From the NCBI GenBank assembly GCA_016906335.1, contig JADEYG010000012.1, positions 1,240,001 through 1,304,000 on the forward strand: 64,000 bases of DNA. Direction: 5' to 3'. This DNA comes from Novakomyces olei (Eukaryota). The translations under genes and the position numbers were made by a program. The notes under the pieces were generated by a model. It did no database searches, had not been told where the DNA came from, and saw nothing but the letters and a program-made list of their open reading frames with translations. Positions 1 to 13,057 of the stretch are shown here, piece by piece; the first letter of the stretch is position 1; the number at the start of each line of letters is the position of its first letter.

Positions 1-1
1 G

Positions 2-1249
2 AACCCTGGTGCTACTTATTTTGCCTCAGAGGTCAAATGTCTACAGGACACTTGTGACAAGGTTATTTCTTTCCCGCCAGGCCACATTTATGATTCAGCT
101 ACAAACACGACAACTCGCTACTTCAACCCTTCGTGGTTCGATGGCGCACGAGTCCCGACAACGCCAGTGGACTATAAGCTGTTGCGTGAAACTCTGGAGG
201 CAGCTGTGCGCAAGCGTTTAATGAGCGAAGTGCCATATGGTGTTCTTCTCTCTGGCGGTCTGGATTCCAGTTTGATTGCAGCAATTGCTGCTCGTGAGAC
301 CGAGCGTGTAACTCACGCTCAAATGCTCAACCGTCAGAACAACAGCATTGTGGATGAGCGTGCTACTCTGGCTGCCTGGCCACAGCTTCATTCTTTTGCT
401 ATCGGTCTGCCTGGATCACCAGATCTATTGGCAGCTCGTGATGTGGCCAATTACTTGGGTACAATTCACCACGAGCATACGTTTACCTTGCAGGAGGGCA
501 TTGATGCTCTTCAGGATTGTATTTACCACCTTGAATCCTTTGATGTTACCACTATTCGGGCCAGTACGCCCATGTATCTACTGAGCCGAAAAATTAAAGC
601 TCAGGGCGTCAAGATGGTACTGTCCGGCGAGGGCAGTGACGAGATTTTTGGTGGCTACTTGTACTTTGCTGCAGCTCCAGACGCAGCAGCCTTCCATGCT
701 GAGTCTGTGCAACGTGTAAAGAACCTGCATTTGGCCGACAACTTGCGGGCAAACAAGTCTACAATGGCCTGGGGCTTGGAAGCACGCATCCCGTTCCTGG
801 ACAAGGCCTTTTTGGAGGTGGCCATGAACATTCATCCAGAGGAAAAAATGCATATCAATGGTCGCAAGGAAAAGTATATTTTGCGTCGGGCCTTTGATAC
901 CAGTGACGATCCCTCTGCCAAGCCTTATCTCCCCAAGGAAATCTTATGGCGTCAAAAGGAACAATTCTCCGATGGTGTCGGTTACAGCTGGATCGACTGT
1001 TTAAAGGATACTGCAGAGGCAACAATCTCTGATGAGGAGTTTGCCACTCCGCGTCCGGGATGGGGCTCTGATCGGCCGCCGACAAAGGAGGCCTACTGGT
1101 ATCGTAAAATGTTTGATAACGTGTTCAAGCCACAGTGCGTCGATACCGTTGCCCGCTGGATTCCCAAAGCCGAATGGGGCTGTGATGCTGATCCTTCGGG
1201 ACGCAGCCAAAAGACGCATAATGCCTACAACGGGGAAAAGCCGCAGTAG
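2..1249 (+). CDS. ASN1: Asparagine synthetase (glutamine-hydrolysing), 5' end outside window
   Basis: The frame is open from position 2 (YFASEVKCL...FPPGH). Motifs include [45 protein letters not shown] and [11 protein letters not shown]; stop TAG at 1247-1249. Confidence 0.97.
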   Translation, partial: NPGATYFASEVKCLQDTCDKVISFPPGHIYDSATNTTTRYFNPSWFDGARVPTTPVDYKLLRETLEAAVRKRLMSEVPYGVLLSGGLDSSLIAAIAARETERVTHAQMLNRQNNSIVDERATLAAWPQLHSFAIGLPGSPDLLAARDVANYLGTIHHEHTFTLQEGIDALQDCIYHLESFDVTTIRASTPMYLLSRKIKAQGVKMVLSGEGSDEIFGGYLYFAAAPDAAAFHAESVQRVKNLHLADNLRANKSTMAWGLEARIPFLDKAFLEVAMNIHPEEKMHINGRKEKYILRRAFDTSDDPSAKPYLPKEILWRQKEQFSDGVGYSWIDCLKDTAEATISDEEFATPRPGWGSDRPPTKEAYWYRKMFDNVFKPQCVDTVARWIPKAEWGCDADPSGRSQKTHNAYNGEKPQ

Positions 1250-1600
1250 GTAGACGTGGGGGAAAAAAAAAGAAAAAGTAAAAAGTAAAGAAAAAGGAAC
1301 GAGTAATCGGCCGTCAATGATTGTCTATTTCTATTTGTATCGAATAAAGTCGAATATAAAATGGAAAAATTAAAAGGAAAAAGAGCTGGAAATCGAATTG
1401 TACGCGAATATCAAGTACATGCATGGAGTAATACAAAATGCCTTGCTTGGGATATAGACATATAAAACAGGTTTTATGTAAGCATACTATAATACACTGT
1501 AATTAGCAATTTTCGTCAAGTACCAGGTTCTCGTCCTCGCCGTATTCTCATTTTTCCAGCCTAGAAAGCCACGAAACCCACATTCTGACCATCTCAAACT

Positions 1601-2317
1601 CTACTCTGCCTTTAGAATTGCGAGAGCACTCTCCATTTTTTCCAGTGTACGTTCTGCTTCATGATCAGTGAGAGCTGTTGCCAAAAAGACTTGGCATTTT
1701 CCCGATGCTTCCACAATTTCTCGGTGGAGCAGGGCTCCAGTTGCATGGTACTGCTCTGGTAGCTCTGGCGCGGCCCTCGAATTCATCGGCGACTGCCTCT
1801 GGATAGAAGCAGAGTCCAACGAAATCCTTGACGGTCTAGTGCTCATTAATCTTGAGCCTCGCTGGCCTTGGAAGACTCCAGGCATTGAAGCCGATCTCCG
1901 TACTGGACCCACCTCTGCTCTAACTGTACTATAGTCCTCTGAGTAGTGGGAGAGACTGCTGGATTTTTGTACTCTGTCGCGGAGTGCTCTCAAGTCATCG
2001 CGTAGTCTAGACATACTTGTCCAAGTACTTTGTGACGAACTCGAGACCCTCAATGCGTAATCAGCAGATGCCTTTCCGTCAGCCTGCCCTATACTTGCCC
2101 GGGCAATTGCCAGTTGCCGGTCCATTTCATTCAGTCTTGCGCGCGCGTTTATGATTGCCTGCTCGGCCACCATCGACAATGAAAAGGGGGTCGATGACCG
2201 CATAAACGCCGCCTCTGCCTCGTTGGTTTTAAACTTTGATGGCCGCAATTCGCCATAACTGGCTTCTGATTGCTCATCGGCCTCGTAAATATTCCCGTCC
2301 TCCTCCAGCGAGCTCAT
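1601..2317 (-). CDS. Hypothetical Ser/Arg-rich protein with short coiled-coil segments
   Basis: 238-aa ATG-initiated ORF of coding-like composition between AT-rich flanks. The 3' end might be spliced (GTAGAG...TTTCTAG at ~1604-1561). No family confidently recognised. Confidence 0.6.
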   Translation of the reverse strand: MSSLEEDGNIYEADEQSEASYGELRPSKFKTNEAEAAFMRSSTPFSLSMVAEQAIINARARLNEMDRQLAIARASIGQADGKASADYALRVSSSSQSTWTSMSRLRDDLRALRDRVQKSSSLSHYSEDYSTVRAEVGPVRRSASMPGVFQGQRGSRLMSTRPSRISLDSASIQRQSPMNSRAAPELPEQYHATGALLHREIVEASGKCQVFLATALTDHEAERTLEKMESALAILKAE

Positions 2318-2380
2318 TCACACTTTGCATGTTATGTCAAACTCGTTTCTATACATTGTTGCCATACTTTATTAATTAAA

Positions 2381-2431
2381 TATTTGTTGATTAATTTATT
2401 TGTTGATTAATTTATTTGTTGATTAATTTAT
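2381..2431. repeat. 16-bp tandem repeat (TATTTGTTGATTAATT) x3
   Basis: Visible directly in the intergenic region upstream of the 1601-2317 ORF. Confidence 0.9.
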
Positions 2432-2581
2432 TAGTCGGTAATGTATATTGGCAATGTATATCGAGCAGATATATTAGTATGGCTAATTACAGTATAGGCA
2501 CAATAAAATTCTAACAATTAATCTCCATTATTATTATTAAAATCGTATATTACTATCACACCAAAAAACACAGATACACAC

Positions 2582-5580
2582 CTAATCTTTGACGGTCAAG
2601 GGCTCAACGTTCCATATGCCGTCAGCGTACTCGTCTATACAGCGATCACTGGAAAAGTTGCCCATACGAGCAACGACCTGTATACACTTTTGAACCCACA
2701 AATCCTGGTCGGAATACTCCTTGTCAATCCGGTCTTGTGTAGCAAGATAAGACTCAAAGTCATCGGAAACCAGGTAATGGTCCCCGTATTCCACGATAGA
2801 ATTAATTAGACCAGTAAAGTTTTGTGGATCACCAAACGTGCCAGAGCGAATGGCATTGAACACTTTTGAAAGAGAGTCAGGGATGCGAAGGACACCATAC
2901 GTGTGCTGATGACGGATTTCCTCCACGTTCTCCGACAACACTCCAAAACTAAAGATGTTGTCGTCCCCTACATCTCGTCCAATCTCGATCTGATTGTTAG
3001 ACAAGACTACAAGCAATATTGAATGAAAGTGGGTAGCGAAGATAAACAAATAAAAATAAATAGTACTAGTTATTGACAGACAACTTACATTTGCTCCATC
3101 AAGGGTACCAATTATGATGGATCCGTTGATACAAAATTTCATACAGCTCGTTCCTGAGCCTTCAGTGCCAGCAGTGGAAATGTGCTCGCTTATATCAGCA
3201 GCAGGGCACAACAATTCGGCCTTGCTGACATTATAGTCCGGTATGAATACAACATTCAAGTATTTGTTTACTTCAGCATCGCCGTTGACGACGCGACTGA
3301 CTTCGCTGATAAGGTGGATGATAGTCTTGGCCATCCAGTAGCCAGGAGCCGCTTTGCCTCCGATAATACTGACACGGGGCACCAATTTTTCACGCTCAGC
3401 GGGAGAAAGTTGCTTCAGTTTCAGATAGCGGTGAATTACTCCAAAAATATTGAGCTGTTGACGTTTATACTCATGAATTCGTTTCACTTGAACATCAAAC
3501 AGGGCCTCTGTATTAAGCTTGATTCCCAGTGTGCTCTCCACGTACTCAGCAAGTCTGATTTTATTGTTGTGCTTTATATCCGCCCATGCTTTACGAAAAC
3601 CCTTGTCGGCCACAAACTTTTCCAGGCCACTGATTAACTGGAATTTTTTCAGATACTCATAGCCGCCCAATTTATCAGCAATAAGACTCGATAGTTGTGG
3701 ATTCGCCTGGTGCAGCCAGCGACGTGGAGTAACGCCATTAGTCACGTTTGTAAACTTGTCAATTCCGTAAATTTTAACAAAATCACGAAACAAAACAGTT
3801 TGCAGGAGATGCGAGTGCAGCTCTGCCACTCCGTTCACACGATGTGACCCAATAATGGCTAAATGAGCCATTCGTACCATCTTTGGCGAAGATTCTTCAA
3901 TGATGGAGACACGGCGCAGCAAATCTCTATCTTTGGGGAACTTTTTCTCTACTTGCTGCAAGAAATTGAGGTTCACGTCATAGATAATCTGTAAGTGACG
4001 GGGTAGCAAGTTTTGCACGAGCGGCACAGGCCATTTCTCCAATGCCTCTGTCATTACGGTATGGTTCGTATAGCCAAATGTACGGGTCACAATAGACCAG
4101 GCATCATCAAAGTCTAGCCCTTCAATATCGACAAGAATACGCTGCAGCTCTACTACGGCCAGAGTGGGATGCGTGTCGTTCAGCTGGATGGCAACTTGAT
4201 CCGGGAACTGAGACCAGGGCCTGTTGGTGGCCCTGTAGCGTCGAACAATATCAAAAAGAGAAGCAGAGCACCAAAAGTATTGCTGTTTTAACCGCAATTC
4301 TTTACCCCTTTCAAAGTTATCGTTAGGGTAAAGCACAGCAGAGATGGTTTCCGCCCTTTGCTGATCCGCTACTGCATTTTCATAATCGCCGGCATTAAAT
4401 TTCTGGAAATCAAATTCGCCAGAGGCAGCTTTGCTCGACCACAGTCTCAGATTATTTGTAGTAGGGGTTCCGTAGCCGGGAATGGGTACGTCATACGCCA
4501 CGGCACGCACAATCTCTCCGCCCTCCCATATATTACGCTCCCGGCCGTGAGCGTCCATGTACTGCCTAACATACCCATAAAACTGGATATCGACCGTGAT
4601 ATCATGGCGAGGGAACTCCCACGGGTTGAAGTCGAGCCAGTAGTCGGGGACTTCCACTTGGTAGCCATCATGGATTTCCTGCTTAAAGATCCCGTAACGG
4701 TACCGCAATCCATAGCCCCAGGCAGGTAGGTTCATAGTGGCCATACTGTCGAGAAAACAGGCAGCAAGCCGGCCAAGGCCGCCATTGCCAAGAGCCCCAT
4801 CATGCTCTTGCTCAATCACGTCCTCCATACGGAACCCGAGCCGATTGATACCAGAATTAGCAGCGGGTTTGGTGCCCGTGTTGAGCAGAGCATTGTCCAG
4901 TGCTCGGCCCATAAGAAACTCGAGAGAAAGGTAGTAAACGCGTTTCTGATCGGCAAAAGTCTGTCTCTGCTGCGTTTTGTTCCATTCGACCACAAGTCTG
5001 TCGCGAACTGCGAGCGCAGTGCCTCCATAGGCACCAGTATCGTCTACATTAAACAGCGATCTGGCCAGTGTCGTTTCGATGTGCCGCACCACCTCCGCCT
5101 TGACATTAGTAAAAATAAATAAGGAGAATAATTTAATAATTAAAATAGTTAGAAAACAATTCGACATGTATCGAGGGCCAATAGGGTTTGTTTAGTTGTG
5201 GAATAAAACAAGGAGAAAATAGGTGGAAAAAACAAAAATTTGAAAATAGATTAGCTGATCAATATTCCATTATAGCCAAGCTACTGGTAAAGGGTCAAGA
5301 GATACAGCAAACCCCAAAGTCTAACGATACGACAATGGCAAAACCGTACCTCGAACTCTTCACTCGTATTAAATCCTTCAGGAGAGTATTTCCTCCATTC
5401 TGCTCGCAGATTCTCCGGCAGACTGGCCACGACGGCTTTGATCTCCTCCGCACCGAAACCTGTAACTGTTCGCCTGTGCTTTGGCCGACTTATTCCAGGC
5501 GGACCAACAGGACCTTGTAATTCAGCAATTGGTGCACTACTTGAGTGCCTTCGCACGTGGCCCGACTCAAACACAGACAT
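2582..5580 (-). CDS. GPH1: Glycogen phosphorylase, 3 exons (introns 5099-5349 and 2990-3088)
   Basis: Motifs YYLSLEFLMGR, LGNGGLGRLAACF, IQLNDTHP, VNGVAELHS, TNGVTPRRW, QVKRIHEYKRQ and GTLDGAN|IEI. N-terminal HRRTVTGF is a phosphosite-like motif. Introns GTACGG...CTAATGTCAAG and GTAAGT...CTAACAATCAG give clean junctions. Confidence 0.97.
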
Positions 5581-6939
5581 TGTCGAGAAAATGAAGATTC
5601 AAAAGTCTCTGAATGCTATTTCCACTATTCTTCCAGACTTTATCTACCGCCGTCGTCGTAAGATTTCCCCACGGATAGGATCGTGGGCCCAGAAAACCCT
5701 GATGTTGGACAGTCGATAGTATAACCTTTTGGGTTACCACCGTGAAGGACGAGCTTTGGTAACGCCAAACTTCTGCAACAAACGGAAATGAATAGATAAT
5801 ATACAGCAGAAATAGCGGACGAGATTCGTGGATGAGAATATCAAGTCAGCATTATGACATGGAGAGTTCACGTTCAAGGCTTATATTTTACAGACAGGTG
5901 TATCGGCCACTTTTATGGTTACTGTCACGATTACAATGTCTAGATATATGGCAAGCAGCGCAAAAAATCTTCGAGCAAAAAGATGAGAAAGATTCTTAAG
6001 CCACTGCGGACCAGCGGTTTCTGTTCCAATACTGTCCATAAACAAAAGACATGGCGACTTTCCAAGTCCTTTGTAAAGTTCGGTCCGTATCCGGACGAGT
6101 ATTGATAAAAAGGATTGTACTAATAATAGCAGCAGTTTTGATATAACTGACAAGGAGTATTGTCATATATGCCTGTTATTCTCCCTGAATTATACAGGTA
6201 AAAGCATTGATACGGCTCAAGTCCACAGCCAAGCGTGGACTGTGCAGACGATCGCGGCAGAAAAGAGGCAAATCTGTTCCGTCCCAAACCCGTGTAGGAC
6301 CACTCGGCTTCTTCAATGTATTCCGCCCATTCCTTACGTGGGATGATTACTTTGGCAAAGACTGATCACGTGGGAGTAAGATCGGCTTTCAACGGGCTTA
6401 CAAGCAATGCTAGATTTGCCTATCTATAAACAAAAGGTATTGATTGCCTCTAAGATTTTGAAAGCAAAGATTATGCGCTGTCGTGGAAGAATGAATATCA
6501 ACAAGGTTTGGCCATGAACATTTGACGATTTTTGTATAACAAAATATAAAATGCACAAGAATTCGAAAATGGTTGGCCGTTTTAAGCCCATAATGGATTT
6601 AGATAATCGTAATTGCGGACGTGTTTGTTGCAATGGAACAAAACACAAGTCTGTCGGCGCCAATCGCCCCCGTGCAAACATAATTCGCAAATATAAGATA
6701 ATGTAGTTTATACACAGACACGGAAAAGTATGCATTCAGCAGCGGCTGTGCTGTATACGATTTTGCTCTCAAAATTCTTAAAATTCTCAAAATTCTCAAA
6801 ATAGGCAGTCTTGAACATGGATAATTTCGTGCATTTTATCTTTGCGTACATTTTCAACTAAAAGGCTAGCTAAAAGCGCGGCTTGTCCCAATTTCGGCAA
6901 TGACAAATTAATCACTAATTCACCGTGAGTGAGAAGGCA

Positions 6940-7053
<114 letters not shown>

Positions 7054-7158
7054 TTAATGCACTGCACAGTTTATACTATTGAGCTTTACGGCCTGAATTG
7101 GACTGTTTATAGATTTCTATTACGCTATATTAATATACAAAAGTACTGCAAGTGATGC

Positions 7159-7833
7159 CTATAGCACGTACAAGTAGATCCCTGCCAGAGCAGCTGCGTA
7201 CACGACCGACCCAGCGGCAATTTTAGATGCTGAAGACACGGGTCCCAGGGTAGATGACGACGACGGCGCAGTGGGCCCAGACGGCATGGATGAGTTTGGT
7301 GCAAAAGTGCTAGACATCAATGTGCTGGAAGTAGCGAGACTGGTAGCATTTCCAGTTGTATTTGACGGTGCAGCGCTGGTATAAGCCGAGCTGCTAGTCG
7401 AGAGGGTCGATGAAGCACTCGTCGTCTCGGCAGCAGATGAGAAAAAGGTCGAAGAAGCCATTGACGAGGAAGTAGCTGGCGCCTGCGACGTACTGGCAGC
7501 AGCAGTAGAAGCAGGCGCACTGGTCGATGCGGCAGCTGCTTGAGCGGACGAAAGGACAGCATCCGCGTTTGAGAGGGTGACGCCCTGAGAGGCACAGAGC
7601 GACTCGGCGAAGCGTAAAACGCTCTGCTGTTCCGATGCGTCACATACGGTAACAATGCAGGAAGAAATACTACTGATAAAGGACGAGGCCGAGCAGATAC
7701 AAGCAATATCGGTCAGCTGGCATCCTGTGCTGCCGAGCGAGTTTTGCACGCAAGAAGACGCGCAAGGTGGGAGAGTGCCTTGTGCGTTTGTGCTGGTCAG
7801 CAGAGGAAGAATCAAAAGCGCCGCCCACAGCAT
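7159..7833 (-). CDS. CFEM-domain, Ser/Thr-rich, probably GPI-anchored cell-surface protein
   Basis: Signal peptide MLWAALLILPLL, then an 8-Cys CFEM pattern (PPCASSC...GCQLTDIACIC...SCIVTVC...LC), an S/T/A-rich stalk and a hydrophobic C-terminal GPI-type tail. Confidence 0.9.
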   Translation of the reverse strand: MLWAALLILPLLTSTNAQGTLPPCASSCVQNSLGSTGCQLTDIACICSASSFISSISSCIVTVCDASEQQSVLRFAESLCASQGVTLSNADAVLSSAQAAAASTSAPASTAAASTSQAPATSSSMASSTFFSSAAETTSASSTLSTSSSAYTSAAPSNTTGNATSLATSSTLMSSTFAPNSSMPSGPTAPSSSSTLGPVSSASKIAAGSVVYAAALAGIYLYVL

Positions 7834-8710
7834 GATTCTGGCTTGGACTAGTTTCAAGGCAGAAATAAGTAGGACTAGGTTAAAGCGGCAGACTCGTTGT
7901 ACAGTAAATCAGGCAAATAGTTAAAGAGTGCTCTTTAACGTTTGTCCTTTCCTCTTGAACCCACAATCAAGCTCGAGTCCGGCCACGTATGGGGTAGAGG
8001 TCGGCAAGTGAGTGTGAGGAAAATTGTCCGGTATATTTATGCGCTATACGAAACTATTGCAGACTGCAATTTCGGCGTCTCCTGTCGCCTGTCGCCTGGC
8101 GCCTTTGCGCCAGGCGAGTCTCGAACATCCCACTTTGCTCGTACTTTATCAGGGCTGACAAATTCCGGCTTCCTATTGGCTGCAGATTCCCAATTAGGAA
8201 ATTTTCGCAACATGGAGCGCTTTTGGTAGGTTCAGGATCCGCCTCGAGATACGTGTGATTGGGTGCAGGGGCCGCGTGGCGGTGGGTACGAAAACGGCAA
8301 AGCAATTTAACGAGATAAGCGGAGAAGTTGGCGACGGTGGTATTCGACGATTACTGGTAAAATTGGTATTTTGCCGTCGAGGTTTATCCGTACATAGCTG
8401 TACGATTTTCGAGATTGTATAGTGCCGAGTGTCGGGGTTTATTTGTTGGCATTGGGAATATACTGTGATATATTGGGAGATCTCCAGGTTGTCAGACTGG
8501 AAAAAGCAGCAAAAGGTTGTTTGATACTGCCCTGCAGTCCGTTTGTTAAGAGAACAGATTGAGAGACAGGCTTCACCGTCTAGCTCAGCGCTTGTTACAA
8601 TCACTGATCGCGATTGAAGTTTGGCCGAGGTAACGCGACGGGCTTACGGGGTCACAGGAGGTCATCAAGCGAGGAAAGGCTGTTGAGCACGCGAAATTTT
8701 GAGCCAATTT

Positions 8711-10283
8711 ATGTCGAATCTGGATGAAGAAAAGGTATCAGCACGAGCAGAACCGACGGTAATTGCTACAGACGAGAAGGAATCGGTATGGCGCCGTGAT
8801 CTCGTGACAGCAGTACTGTGCTTTGGGTCCTGCCTGGCCGCAGTGTATGTGCTGAAAATGTTTGATTCGTTTACCTTGTTTACTCAATTTAACCCTAACT
8901 AAACCTAACCAACCCCAACCCTTTCATTTCATTTCAGTTTCTCTAGTCTGACCCTCTAGTCTCGGCTCTGCGCTGGCCACAAACTCGCTCGTCCTTCTGA
9001 CGAGTCTCCAAGTCCGCTTTACCGCTGTAGCGTTACTTACAGGATGGCACTTGGTAGCGGTAGCGTGCACGGCCATTGTTATTTCGCCGTTAGCCCGTGT
9101 CTATGGGTTCCGGCTGCCTTATATTTGTGGCATTATTATTATCTTTGCTGCTAGTGTCTGGGCTGCTTGTGCGCACTCTTACAATTCCCTGCTCGGGGCC
9201 CGGATTCTGCAGGGAGTCGGCGTGGCCCCTTTTGAAGCCCTCGTCCCAGTCTCTGTCGGCCACTTATACCCGGCCCGGCAGCGTGGCCGTCGAATGGCCG
9301 CCGTTGCTTTGGCCTTGTACGGCGTAACTTTCCTGACTCCTATGATTGTGGGCGTCATTACAGAAACCATAAATTGGAACTGGTCCTTTGGCGTTCTGGC
9401 AATTTTTGCCGGAATCGGAATCCCGATTTTCGTGTTTGCCTGCCCGGAACATTTGGTTCGCGAAGACTTGGATACTGCATCAGGCGAGTTTTGTAACCTC
9501 GACCGTACCATCCCGCGCACGTCGTGGCGGGATCTGTTCAGCCCGTTCCATGGCCGTTTGACTTCGCACAATGTAGTGCAATTATTCATACGGCCTTTTG
9601 CTTTACTGCCCACGCCTTTTGTCGTTTGGGCGATGTTCACTCAGGGCACCTTGATCTGCTGGACGGTTATGCTGTCTACCGTCATTGGCGCAATTTTTGG
9701 TGGGATTCCTCTGTTTCTGGGGCCCCGGCAGCTTGGGTATATATACACGGGGCCTCTAGTTGGTGCAGTCTTGGGGTTTTTTGCTGCTGGCCTTTTGACA
9801 GACACCCTTTCCCTTCGATTCGGCCGGGCCTTTAACCGGGGCACTCCTCTACCAGAGTACCGATTACCCATTATATTTCTTCAGTTTGTCACTTCAGTCT
9901 GTGGTCTTTTAGGGTTTGGAAAGTCGGTGGAGGTGGACCCGTACAACGTTAAAGTGCCTTCTTTTTGCTTTGGTCTGGTAACGTTTGGCATGGTGTGTGG
10001 CGTGACGGGGACCTCGACTTACATCACGGACGGGTACCATAATGTGGCCATTGAGGCTTTCATTTGCTTAATGCTGTTCAAGAATCTCGTTTCTTTTGGC
10101 CTGACTCGAATCGTTTACCCGTGGATTATGTCTGCCGGTGTTTTTCGTGTGTTTGTTATTATTGCATCTGTCCAGGCCGGCGTCGGTCTCACCACCATCA
10201 TTGTCTGGGTGTTTGGGACGCATATGCGGGACTGGTTTTATCGCGTTTATTTCCCTTTTCTTCAGCGATGGCATGTTTGGTAG
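8711..10283 (+). CDS. Major facilitator superfamily transporter (HOL1/DHA1-like), intron 8845-8959
   Basis: Multiple hydrophobic helices with MFS motifs LARVYGFR, LLGARILQGVG and PEYRL. The intron GTATGT...CTGACCCTCTAG joins exon 1 (WRRDLVTAVLC) in frame. Confidence 0.88.
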
Positions 10284-10982
10284 GGAGCTGGTTGAGCACG
10301 GGCGCATTTTTTCTCGGCGATTTGTTTTCATTGCATAATAATACATAATTTGGAAGAAGGGGAGGCAATGTAAAGCTTGCGTATGCTATTGAATACAGTG
10401 CGAGTACAGCACGCTGTTATCAGTGTAGTGTGTAAAGTAGTTGGCACATATAAAGATGTACAGCCGTAAAGAGCCCCGATATATTTTCGTATAAGCATTG
10501 CAAACTAACCCTGACTAACCCTAACCCTATATTCAACAGACACGCATTGTGCAGGCCAATCGTTAGGGTTATCTCCTCAAATTGGCGATTAGTCCAAACG
10601 TCTACTCGTGCACGATTAAAGGTGTTCTTTAAGTTGCAAGCAGAATAAGCCGCGTACGAAACGGCAATTGAATAGTGTTGAAATGCAGTAATAAGTCTCC
10701 ACCAGAAGTGAAAATGTCAATTAGTTAATAATTAACCAATCTGATTCTAGTTAATAATATATTGTCGACTGCCGCGAAATACCTGCTTTCTCAGCCGAGT
10801 TTGTCTCCGTCTTGCGTCCGCCTTATCAGATTATTATGTATACTCGTAATATTAATATTAATATTAATATTAATTTTAATATTAATAAATGACGACCTCC
10901 CGCAATTCGCAACGCCCACGCAGTAGCGCTGCCATAATACTAAGTAGCGGACCGCGGCAAGTTTGACGTTGAGCAGTGGATA

Positions 10983-13057
10983 ATGAGCGCATACGCTGAC
11001 GAAAAAAGCGGTCCGCCTCCGCGTAAGAGCGCAAACAGCTCTCTGAAAAAACGTGAAATTATTTCAAAGGGCTTTGTAGCCGCTGCTTTACTTTTGGCTC
11101 TCTGGTTCACCTCGCGTGTACTGCAGGACTCTGCAGAACCTGTTCATTGCAGATCTAAAGCCGCTTGTGTGCAGCCTGAGCCATTGGCGCCGGGCAGCAG
11201 TGAAAACTTGGATCGCGGATTCGAGTCCCTGGACTCGGAGGCGTACTTCAACCATACAGTGCAGCGGTTCTCCAAAGCTATTCAGATTCCGACCCAGAAT
11301 TATGACGACATGAAACGCGTCGATGAGGAACCGCGGTTCCATGTATTTAATGATTTTCATACGTTTTTGCACGACAATTTTCCACACAGGTAAGCGTTTA
11401 AAGGTCTAGATTTGCAAGGAAAACCGGCAATACTCAATGCCGTCTCTTCTTTTTTTCTTCTGCCTTTTCTTGACAATGTAAGAAACTGATTATAGTCACG
11501 CGGAGCTGAATCTTACAAAAGTCAATACCTATGGGCTTTTGTACGAATGGACTGGCTCTAATCCGGACAAGAAGCCTTTTATTCTTATGGGCCACCAGGA
11601 TGTCGTTCCCGTCCCGCACGAGACTGAGGCCCAATGGACCCATGATCCCTTCTCTGGTTACTTTGACGGAGAACGTGTATGGGGCCGCGGTGCTGGCGAC
11701 GATAAAGGTAAAGGCCAGTTTCGTGGGAAATAAAACTAATTACTTTGCAGGCTCGCTGATTGCCATATTTAGCGCGGTCGAAGAGCTCGTTAAGGCCGGG
11801 TTTACCCCTGAACGAACCTTGATTTTATCGTTTGGATTTGACGAGGAGACTTCGGGCTACCAGGGAGCAAAGTACTTGGCCTCTCATATTGTGGAAAAAT
11901 ACGGGGCCGATAGCGTGGAAGCCATACTGGATGAGGGTTCTTCGTTTTCCGATCTCTATGGTCAGCACGTTGCTCTTCCCGTGCTTAGGGAGAAGGGCTA
12001 TGTCGATGTTTCTATTGCAGTAAACACTAAAGGCGGACACAGCAGTGTGCCTCCTGACCATACTGTAAGTACCTCGACAAATAATTGATATTTTTATTCA
12101 TTATATGTATTGTTTTCTTGTTTATGTGCTCTCTTCCTCTTCTATTTCGTTCATGTCTTCTAGTTTTCTTTTACTCTTTTTTAATCAATTTTATTGTTTA
12201 ATTTTACTGAATGTTTTTTTCGTTCTGACATTTAATTTACTTTGATCGACCGCTGTTTTTATCTGTATATTTTCTCACACGATTACTAATCCATCAAGGG
12301 GATCGGAATAATCGCTCAGCTTATTCAGTGGCTAGAAGCCCACCATTATACTCCTGAACTGAGTGATGCTAATCCAATTTACGAGACTTTCAATTGCCTT
12401 GTTGCTCATGCTCCAAACACTCCGGCAAAACTAAGGAAGCATTTGCCCTCTAACGGAAAACCCACAAAGGCAGATATCGAAGCTATTCTGGAAATTGCAC
12501 CCAGAACGCGCTACGATTTCCAGACTTCTCTGGCCGTAGACATTATCCGGGGCGGAGTCAAGATAAATGCGCTACCTGAGCAAGTCACTGCTGTTGTGAA
12601 TCACAGAATTGATGTGCATTCTTCCAGCCAGGATGTGAAAAACGTACACGAACGAGCAGCCGAAAAAGTTGCGAAACAGTTTGGCCTTGGTCTAATTGCC
12701 TTTGACAAAGAGATTTTGCCGTTGACAAATGCAGGGTCGATTGTGCTCAATACTTCTCGTGTTCTAGAGCCTTCGCCTTACTCGCCTACAGATTCCCCTC
12801 AGTTCAAGGCTTTTGCTGGTACGATTCGGCACGTTTTCCCCGATGTGATTGTGGCTCCAAGTTTGATTCCGGGCAATACAGATACAAAGTATTATTGGGA
12901 GCTGACCCGTGATATTTGGCGTATGAACCCATACCCACATAATGCTGCCTCGAACATTCATACTGTGAATGAGAATATAAAGGCAAGTGGTTTCCTCGCG
13001 GCCATAAAGTTCTATTACCAATTGGTTCGAGTGATTGATGGCGAAACGTTTGATTGA
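10983..13057 (+). CDS. CPS1: Gly-Xaa carboxypeptidase (M20A, vacuolar carboxypeptidase S type); introns 11390-11495, 11708-11750, 12065-12298
   Basis: Type II N-terminal TM segment; motifs LMGHQDVVP, WGRGAGDDKG, FGFDEE, GGHSSVPPDHT|GIG, GGVKINALPE, GNTDTKYYW and NIHTVNE. All three splice junctions restore the frame. Confidence 0.93.
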
